A stretch of DNA of 64,000 nt from Octopus vulgaris (Eukaryota). Each line of letters opens with the position of its first letter. Positions within the stretch are counted from its first letter, which is position 1. The DNA is taken from contig OX597818.1 of the NCBI GenBank assembly GCA_951406725.2, forward strand, positions 138,508,001 through 138,572,000, given 5' to 3'. The translations under genes and the position numbers were made by a program. Positions 55,404 to 64,000 of the stretch are shown piece by piece. Under the pieces are notes generated by a model. That model was not told where the DNA came from. It saw only the letters and a list, made by a program, of their open reading frames with translations, and searched no databases.

Positions 55404-56137
55404 GTAGATAGTTGAAAAGAACAGATAGCATGGTACCGTAGTGTGAAGGTGGTAAACATGCAAGACTCTAGGAGATAAAAACAAAAAAAAAAAACAATCC
55501 TTTCTACTATAGGCAAGAAGCCTGGAACATGGCGGGGTGATAGTCGTTTACATCGACCCCAGTGCTCAACTAGTACTTATTTCATCTACCCCGAAATGAT
55601 GAAAGGTAAAGTCGACCTCGGCGGAATATGAACTCAGACCATTAAACGGACGAAATGCCATTATGCATTTCGCTTGGCGTGGTGCTAATTATGCTGCCAG
55701 CTCGCCTGAACACTGCAGTTCCTCCTTTGTCTTCGCCATAAACAGAAATGCAATTAAATAGAAGCTAGCATACTTGATGTAAATAGCCTTTCCCTCCAAA
55801 TGTTTAAAGAATTAAAATTACAGTCATAGTGAAGTGACAAAGTCATTTGTTTGTTAATTAAATCTGATCAAGAAAGCAGCATAAATTTAAAACAGTTTAA
55901 ATTAAAAAAAAAAAAAAAAACTAGGATCGCTCGTTATTGTTGGTGCTGTGTCTTGCAATATAATTTGTCGTCCATGTTTTGTCATGTTTGAAAGATTGCG
56001 AGTTGATTGGGGCAGCTATACGATTGTTAAAAACCAAACGCCGGGCGATACTGCTAGTTATATATATTTAGACATATAAAAAAGTTTTAGTGAATTCTTT
56101 GGATAAATTTCGTATCTTGTATTTTTTTATGGATGTA

Positions 56138-56435
56138 GTTAGTTAGTTAGTTAGTTAATTTGGCTCAAAAGCAAATAGCAAGGCCATGTAGGGGGACATG
56201 GAGTTAAGTACGGGGTGGTGTTCATGTAAAGAGTTCAGGCCACTTGAGGTCAAGGGAGACTTTGAACAAAGCGGTCGTCGGCATCTTCACCATCTCATCT
56301 GGCAGCTTGTTCCACGGATCCGCAACCCGGACGGAGAAAGCTCCTCTCCTTCGATTGAGATGAAATCGTCGCAGGTAGAGCTTTTCGGAATGACCCCGCA
56401 GCCGACGCTCTGGAGCAGGAGTGAAGAACAGCTCT
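56138..56435 (-). mobile_element. CR1-group LINE 3' end with (CTAA)n tail
   Basis: Minus-strand translation ELFFTPAPERRLRGHSEKLYLRRFHLNRRRGAFSVRVADPWNKLPDEMVKMPTTALFKVSLDLKW. Confidence 0.85.
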
Positions 56436-56748
56436 GTAGTTAAAAGGTTGTGCAGATTTTTAAAAGTTACTCTCTTTAAATTTCTGTATATGTGGATCCC
56501 CCGTTCCCAAGAAGCCGTTGTTCTAATAAAATACGTTTAGTCATCTGGTGAATTATCCTCCATATTACAGACTCAATAGCCTATTCAACTCAAAACTTTT
56601 CCTTGGCAGTCTTTGTTGATGTTGTTTGACCATAGGTTACTTCTGTTGGAGCAGGCTTATGATCGTAGACATTCCAGTCATTGATAATCTTGCAGTGTCT
56701 GATGCTAGGTATTGAGAGCGGCAATTTTCAGTTTTAGTTGTTCATTTG

Positions 56749-57177
56749 GGATCTTTTCGGTTTGAACGGCAGTTTTTTTTAAATAATTTCCACGTAACTA
56801 AACACTTGTAAACTTCGTATACTGGTAGAATGTGTTTATAAAACATCTTTTTCTCTTGAATTTATTGAGAAAATTCTATAGTTTGTAAGATATTTGATGT
56901 TTTTTTTTTCGTCAATTTCTGCTATTTCAACCAATCAATGACCGTCTATTGAGGTGAAAACATTCTGTGCCGTATCAATATGTCCCTCATTTAAGAAACA
57001 GATTGGGTTTATTTACATTGCTGAAGAAAAAAGATACCTTTCCCCCACCCCTAACCCTAACTAACCCTACCCCTAAAATAGACTGAAATTCAATAGATCG
57101 ATACTAGGGTCATAATTATGGGTGACAATTTCATATGACACCGCGAGAAAAAACTGCCGTTCAAACCGAAAAGATCC
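56749..57177 (+). mobile_element. MITE family M copy 2
   Basis: Perfect ~29-bp TIRs GGATCTTTTCGGTTTGAACGGCAGTTTTT; internal CCCTAA repeats. Confidence 0.92.
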
Positions 57178-57693
57178 AAATAGTCTAATATTCGGATAGG
57201 AATCTAAATCGTAGGAGACACACAACTTCACTTTTATATATAAAGATAAAGGTGCATGCCACCTCTCTCTCGTCTGTGTCCGCAAGTGCTAGACTATGCG
57301 GTAGCATGGTGGAAATCTCTGGAGGGAGCCGAGTGTTTCTGTTAACTCCACAGGTTCGATTTCCGGTTAACTAATTTCCTTTTTCTTAGACTTCATACCT
57401 GCGATTTCCGGTCGTAGACAATGACCCGGAAAGGGATGGGCTCCTGCCAGCCTGACATTCTTTAGGTACTCCCTACATAGAGATGAGAACTCGAAGCTTT
57501 AGACTGTGTTCCAACAGTTCATGGAAGGTATGAAGACACTTTCATTTCACACACACACGCAACATACACGTGATAACGAGAGAACAGTTATGTGGTTTCA
57601 TGATATGCTAGAAATAGCAGCCAAATTAATAAAAAAGGACGTATTGGATATACAAAGAGGAAATGGTCATAGTGATTATTCGCTTGACATATA

Positions 57694-58197
57694 TCTATAT
57701 ATATAAAACTGTAGATGTGTGAGTGTCTGTCCCCTTCGATTTAGATTCCTAACTACTCCCACATTTTAACAAAATTCGGGTATCTTATAGTCATGATTCA
57801 TATCGAGCCCGTCTGAGTATTAGCGCGCGTCTACGATGAGTCTACGATTTAAAAAATAATTTAACATCATTTTTTATTCCATTTTAATGCATAAAATGCA
57901 TCGTGTGTCGATGGCGGCGGAGTTGGCGTCCATGGTCACAGCTGCACCTGTGTTGCTTCTCCCCCTTCTTCCATCCCTCGTGAAGCTGGGGGGAAGGGAG
58001 TGTAAGGAAATTAACGTCGTAAAGCGTTGTCAAGGAGACCAGCGTTCTTTTAGAACAACGACTTCATGGCTTGAAGACACCAAAACAGAAATGGCTAAGA
58101 AAGCCCGAATTGGCATCTATAAGGGAAGTAACTCTCTAAAAATGCTTATATAGTTATTTCCCTTACAAACCCGAGCAACGCCGGGCGATACTGCTAG
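57694..58197 (+). mobile_element. Non-autonomous Helitron H1 variant with an extra internal segment
   Basis: Same TC and CTAG termini and hairpin as 53291; 57893-58117 is absent from the other copies. Confidence 0.88.
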
Positions 58198-58454
58198 TTA
58201 TATAATAAAAGAAAAAATACAATAATTAGTTGATTTATTATTCAATAACTTCAACCTTATTCTTTTACATCGATGCCATTGACAGTGACTGCGAAATTTT
58301 GGTTTTGTTTAGTCTGCTTTCGTTCGGTTCATGAAGTCACTTGGCCGAAATTTCTTCGGCATTTCCCTTACAAATATACATACATACATACTTACACACA
58401 CTCACACACATACATACATACACTCATACATACATGCATGCATGCATGCATACA

Positions 58455-58700
58455 TGGTGGCTGCCCCCTCGTTATCGAGTATGGCCATTGCATGAAGCTT
58501 AATTAATTTTTTAAGTGAGGAAAGGCTGTGCACTGAGTCAATCCCACTCACTAAGCAATAGCAGCCATAATCCGAAAAGAAAAACAAGTCAACATCATCG
58601 GTAACCACTGAGCCGCAGGTTTTATGTCGGAGTTATCCCAGTTACCTGACTTACCTTCTCCTAGAAGGATGCCCTAACAAAGGCTAGGAGTCCTTCACTA
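58455..58700 (-). mobile_element. Short element sharing its 3' end with the zinc-finger RTE at 59035
   Basis: Reverse complement of ATGGCCATACTCGATAACGAGGGGGCAGCCA followed by an (ATGT)n-like tail. Confidence 0.6.
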
Positions 58701-58817
58701 CTAATGGTTTAACCGCGCGATCGATTTTTCAGTCCGATTATTTCTGTCCCCGCGCATGATACAACATACATAATATATACATACATACATACACACATAC
58801 ACACACATACATACGTA

Positions 58818-58858
<41 letters not shown>

Positions 58859-58865
58859 GTACATA

Positions 58866-59395
58866 GGTATGGCTGTGTGGTAAGAAGCTTGCTTCCCAAC
58901 CACATAGTTCCGGGTTCAGTCCCTTGCGTGGTGCCTTATGCAAGTGTCATCTACTACAGCTACGGGCTGTCCAAAGCTGTGCGAGTGGATTTGGTAGACG
59001 GAAACTGAAAGAAGTCCGTCGTGTGTGTGTGTGTTACACACCATACTAATATCTGTCAGGCATGTGGAAGAGAGTGTAATTCGGCAGGAGGACTTAAACG
59101 ACATGCAAAGGTACATGAAGCCCAGTTACAACTACAGCCGGCTATTACCGGTAAAGGTATTAGTTGCCAATTCTGTACAAGACATTGTAGATCTTTAGCT
59201 GGGCTAAAAAGTCTCATTCGATCACAGCACCAATAACGGTTAAGCTTCGTGTAATGGCCATACTCGATAACGAGGGGGCAGCCATAATGTATGTCTGGGT
59301 GTCTTTGCGTCTGTCCCACTACCATCAATGATAACCAGTGTTGGTGTGTTTTACGTCCCCGTTACTAGCAGTTCGGCAAAATAGACCGATAGAAT
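58866..59395 (+). mobile_element. SINE family A interrupted by an RTE 3' fragment
   Basis: Head 58866-59020; tail resumes at about 59295. Confidence 0.82.
59035..59290 (+). mobile_element. RTE(BovB-like) LINE 3' end with two C2H2 zinc-finger-like motifs
   Basis: CQACGRECNSAGGLKRHAKVH and CQFCTRHCRSLAGLKSLIRSQH*, then a short UTR that recurs at 58455. Confidence 0.7.
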
Positions 59396-59460
59396 ATATG
59401 GATTTTCTTGTCTTAAATGACAGATGAGGGTTGTACCATTTCTTGCTGAACAACCTGCAC

Positions 59461-59668
59461 AGTGGGTTTTCCGTACGCGTGCGACTCGAACCCAGACCTC
59501 TATGTTTTCGTGACAAGTGGGCTACGATTTACACCAACGTACCCACCAGGGTGGGTACGTTAGTGTAAATGGCAGCACACTTGTGGGTACGTTGGTGTAA
59601 ATGGTAGCGCACTTGTTGCGAAAACATAGTGGTGTGGGCTCGAGTCCCATGCATACGGAAAACCCACT
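59461..59668. repeat. Palindromic element of two head-to-head tRNA-like units
   Basis: Arms 59461-59546 and 59583-59668 are imperfect reverse complements; each has box A TGGTGTAAAT(G/C)G and box B GG(T/C)TCGAGTC. Confidence 0.8.
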
Positions 59669-59697
59669 TTTTTATATATCCCAATATTAGACTATTT

Positions 59698-60107
59698 GGA
59701 TCTTTTCGGTTTGAACGGTAGTTTTTTCTAGCGGTGTCATATAAAATTGTTACCCATAATTATGACCCTAGTATCGATCGATTGCATTTCAATCTGTTTT
59801 AGGGTTAGGGGTGGAGGGAAGGGTATCTTTTTTTTCTTCACAAATGTAAATAACCCCAATCTGTTTCATAAACGAAGGACATATTCATGCGGCACAGAAT
59901 GTTTTTTACCTCAATAGACGTCACTGATTGGTTGAAATTGCAGAATTGATGAAAAAAACAACAAATATCTTACAAACTATAGAATTTTCTCAATAAAGGC
60001 AAGAGAAAAAGATATTTTATAAACACATTCTACCAGTATACGAAGTTTAAAAGTTTTTAATTACCTAGAAATTATGTTAAAAACTGCCGTTCAAACCGAA
60101 AAGATCC
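59698..60107 (-). mobile_element. MITE family M copy 3 with 8-bp TSD GACTATTT
   Basis: TIRs at both ends; GACTATTT at 59690-59697 and 60108-60115. Confidence 0.93.
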
Positions 60108-60609
60108 GACTATTTTCTTTAGCTCAATACTTGGGGATCGCTTATAGGCTTTAAGCTTATAAAATATCTATACTTGTTTCAGTGTGTGTGTGTATAACCG
60201 TATATACATATCCGTCAATTTTTGATGAATGAGAGAAAATGTACTCAATACCATAGGGTGTAGGCGTGCATTTTGGTTAATTTTGAGTTACAAATCTACT
60301 GGATCAGTCAAAATATACTTTCTCTCTTCTCTCTCCAACTCTATCTTTCTCTGTCTCTCATGGGCTTTACACATTTCATTATTAGTGTATATATATATAG
60401 CGAGTGAGCATTTCTATGTTTTCGCACGCAAAAACATAGAGGGAAAGGAAGAACAATATTCCAATGAAAAGTTGGGGAAATTGTAGCAAAAGTTATACAG
60501 AAATAGTCGGAAAAAAAAAAAAGTAGAGACAGTTTTTTTAGACGAACCCATCCACCGACACACAGTAGAAAAACACGTTGAACACCTACACACAAAAATA
60601 ACGCGCGTA

Positions 60610-60653
<44 letters not shown>

Positions 60654-60827
60654 TGTGCTAGCCTGTGCTGGTTTTGTGTAAGTATGTTTATCTGAACCTA
60701 TACACGTGTGTGTGTGTATATATACACACCGATCGTATTTGAACTCTACAACAGATTTCAGTCAGATGATACAGCTGATAACGAACTACGTTTGCATGCT
60801 GTGGCTTTTTCTGTTTTCATAGCGTGT

Positions 60828-60874
<47 letters not shown>

Positions 60875-61413
60875 CTCTCTCTCTCTCTCTCTCTCTCCTT
60901 TTCTCTCTTTTTTTTATTTATTCTTCCCTTTTCTCTTTCTCACATATCCCTTCTCTTACTGTCTTACTCAACCTTTCTCCTCTCCTTCGCCTTTATCACC
61001 CCTCTCTATCTCCCCTATCGCTTACTCCACCCCACCTCTCTTTGTGTCTCCTTTCTCTCTTTCATTTCCATCGTTTGCCTTTCATCCTACCTTTTCCAAC
61101 TCCCTTCTCTTCGTACTCTATATTATGCTCTCCCCCCCTCTCTCTCTCTCTCACACACTCTCCCTTTTTATCTTCCTCCCATTCTATCTTCTATAATCAT
61201 TCTATCTTTTCCTGATATTCCTTTCCACTTGGTCTCTCTCATACTATCTCCACCTTAACGACCGATAACGCTGGTGCTCCTGAAAGTAGAGTATATCTCA
61301 GGGGACAAGGCAGGGTTTGGTATACACTGCAGAGTCTTACATATAGGTAATGTAATTGAGTTGAAAAGCTTCGATCATACGAGATTATCCGAGCAATTAG
61401 TAGACAAAAACTC

Positions 61414-61840
61414 CGATCTTTTCGGTTTGAATGGCAACTTTTTAAAAATAATTTCCACGTAACTAAACACTTTTAAACTTCGTATACTGGTAGAATGTGT
61501 TTATAAAACATCTTTTTCTTTTGGCTTTATTGAGAAAATTCTATTGTTTGTAAGATATTTGTTGTTTTTTTTCTTCAATTTCTGCAATTTTAACCAATCA
61601 ATGACGTCTATTGAGGTAAAAAACATTCTGCTCCGCATGAACATGTCCCTCGTTTATGAAACAGATTGGGTTTATTTACATTTGTGAAGAAAAAAGATAC
61701 CCTTCCCCCTACCCCTCACCCTCACCCTCACCCTAACCCTAAAACAGATTGAAATGCAATAGATCGATACTAGGGTCATAATTATGGGTGACAATTTCAT
61801 ATGACACTAGAAAAAACTGCCGTTCAAACCGAAAAGATCC
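61414..61840 (+). mobile_element. MITE family M copy 4 with 8-bp TSD AAAA(A/G)CTC
   Basis: TIRs; AAAAACTC at 61406-61413 and AAAAGCTC at 61841-61848. Confidence 0.92.
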
Positions 61841-62642
61841 AAAAGCTCTCTCTAGTAGTGTTTCAGATCTAATAATAAGGAGGCTAACAAAATAATTTGG
61901 TCAATATAGACAATGTAAACTGGAATCTAGTCTTCAGAACCACGCGGAGAAAGCATTGGGGTATGTTTCGTTGTTATTAAAACTCTTCAGCAAAGCATAT
62001 TCTACTTAGTCGAACAATAGGATATATATATGGCTGTTTGTTAACAATCTTTTCCACCTTGTAATGAATGGTAATAATACTCAATTTTTCTGCTGTTTTA
62101 ACGGTGTTACTGTTTTCGAAGTGCCACTTTTTTTGTCTGTATCGTTCGATACACATTTGGCGCCTCTAAAAAAAACAAAACAAATATAAGTTTGTTTATA
62201 TACACACGCAATTGTTATATATATATATATATAATTTTTTCTATCGTCTTGGCTTAACAGACGTCACCGTTTCTTTTTACTGTTTTGTTCTCGCTGTCCT
62301 GTTCTTGTTTTCACTTTCACCCTCCGCAAAAATCTCAAATTTTATTTAATTTGCTTTGCGGGAAGGATTGTTTCAACGAAGTCGCGTATTGTTCTTGCCT
62401 TCGAAACAGGGACAACTGAGGAAGGGAATATTCTTTATTTTGCATGTCTCGTTTCTCTGTTTTTTCGTTGTTCCCAAAAAAAGTTCGTTTCTATGTTTTT
62501 GTTTTTGTTTTTATGTTTTCGTTTCTCATTGCGTTCAACATTTTTATATATATATATATATATATCCAAATCAGATTTTCCTCTTCTAAAATTCAACTTC
62601 TTGGTTTCTTCAGCTTAACTTAGAATGGTAGTAAACAATTGA

Positions 62643-62722
62643 CACTGATGATACTCTACTGACAATAACATCAGGGTGCACAGCTCACAATGTGCAGCCG
62701 ATGCAGTCGAAACGTGCGTAGG
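62643..62722 (+). mobile_element. Penelope-type hammerhead-like remnant
   Basis: CTGATGA-TACT...CATCAGGGTGCACA..TGTGCAGCCGATG..AGTC-GAAAC-GTGC-GTA. Confidence 0.45.
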
Positions 62723-62780
62723 TTCACAAACGAATGCTATAAAAAAACTGTTTAATAAAATTATTGATATGGAAAATCTC

Positions 62781-62844
<64 letters not shown>

Positions 62845-62845
62845 A

Positions 62846-63200
62846 TCCGGGTTCAGTCCCACTGCGTGGCACCTTGGGCAAGTGTCTTCTACTATAGCCT
62901 CGGGCCGACCAAAGCCTTGTGAGTGGATTTGGTAGACGGAAACTGAAAGAAGCCCGTCGTATATATGTATATGTATATATGCGTGTGTGTGTTTGTGTGT
63001 CTGTATTTGTCCCCCTAGCATTGCTTGACAACCGATGCTGGTGTGTTTATGTCCCCGTTACTTAGCGGTTCGGCAAAAGAGACCGATAAAATAAGTACTG
63101 GGCTTACAAAAGAATAAGTCCCGGGGTCGAGTTGCTCGATTAAAGGCGGTGCTCCAGCATGGCCGCAGTCAAATGACTGAAACAAGTAAAAGAGTAAAGA

Positions 63201-63202
<2 letters not shown>
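62846..63202 (+). mobile_element. SINE family A, 5'-truncated, near-consensus
   Basis: Begins at box B; intact tail. Confidence 0.9.
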
Positions 63203-63269
<67 letters not shown>

Positions 63270-63599
63270 CTTAGATGGAGATTTATTCCGTTGATTGGAG
63301 GGATAGTTTCTGTTACTCGGAGTTTTTCAACTCAATTTGTGACATATACGAAGTTTTGCTGTGCCTGTATTTCATGTGGAGGACACTCGTCTGAAGTTCT
63401 TTACCTCAATTCTATTACTGATGTTTATAACTAGCATTATTATCACATTGTCTTTATACACATACATAATATATGCGCGCGTGTGCACATTATTTAAATT
63501 AAACTCCGAAATGAGATGGGGAGATAATCTCAAGTATCAAGAATTCTCTGATACTCAACAAACAACATACACACACTGACTCTCACTCACTCTCTCTCT

Positions 63600-63644
<45 letters not shown>

Positions 63645-63789
63645 ATGTCCAATAGCTGGGTCTGACGATTGCTAAATGACTCCGCCACTCTTGGAAGTTT
63701 CTTTAACACGAAACCGTTCGGTCATATCAACTGGCTGCTACGAGACTAAATTTACAATGCCGCAAAATACCCTAATATGAGTTTGGATA

Positions 63790-64000
63790 TCTTTATATAT
63801 AAAACTGAAGTTGTGTGAGAGTCTGTCTCCTCCGATTTAGATTCCTAACTACTCCCACATTTTGCAGTGTAGTTTAACCAAAAGCGGGTATCTTGTAGTC
63901 GTGATTCATATCGAGCCCTTCTGGGTATTAGCGTGTGTTTACGATTTAAAAAAAAAATTACCATAATTTTTCCGCATTTTTAATGCATTTTTTGCTCGGT
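63790..64000 (+). mobile_element. Helitron H1 5' part (runs off the window)
   Basis: A|TCTTTATATATAAAACTGAAGTTGTGTGAG; homologous to 53291. Confidence 0.85.

Noticed and set aside
57048-57075. True telomere or chromosome-fusion relic
   Set aside because: Only a few CCCTAA units, located at the same position in every MITE copy
57298-57370. tRNA-like box A/box B pair
   Set aside because: Too degenerate, with a single copy in the window; cannot be assigned
59021-59236. Host C2H2 zinc-finger gene
   Set aside because: Nested in a SINE, no TGEKP linkers, followed by a repeated retroelement 3' end

Overview
This is a eukaryotic, AT-rich and extremely microsatellite-dense window with one 100-N gap (45113-45212). 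The repeat landscape looks like a cephalopod (probably Octopus) genome; that is inferred from the tRNA-derived SINEs, the GAT-tailed RTE ends and the huge (AT)n/(AC)n/(ATT)n/(GGT)n tracts. No intact protein-coding gene, rRNA, true tRNA or CRISPR array is supported. Nearly every ORF in the track is a translation of simple repeats or SINEs. Recognisable content is mobile-element debris: at least four tRNA-derived SINE types, RTE, CR1, Dong/R4-like, L1/Tx1-like and Penelope-like retroelement fragments, a decayed mariner plus a mariner MITE, non-autonomous Helitrons, and a four-copy MITE with GG termini, 8-bp TSDs and internal telomere-type repeats. The best leads are: (1) about ten hammerhead-ribozyme-like motifs of Penelope pLTR type, including an inverted pair forming a ~250-bp hairpin; (2) a head-to-head palindrome built of two tRNA-like Pol III units; (3) one SINE head joined to three different tails; (4) a SINE whose internal microsatellite takes up other retroelements; (5) unusually long flanking direct duplications of 56-150 bp; and (6) an apparent CpG and TE-content transition near 48.5 kb. 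All alignments were done by eye, so repeat boundaries are approximate.
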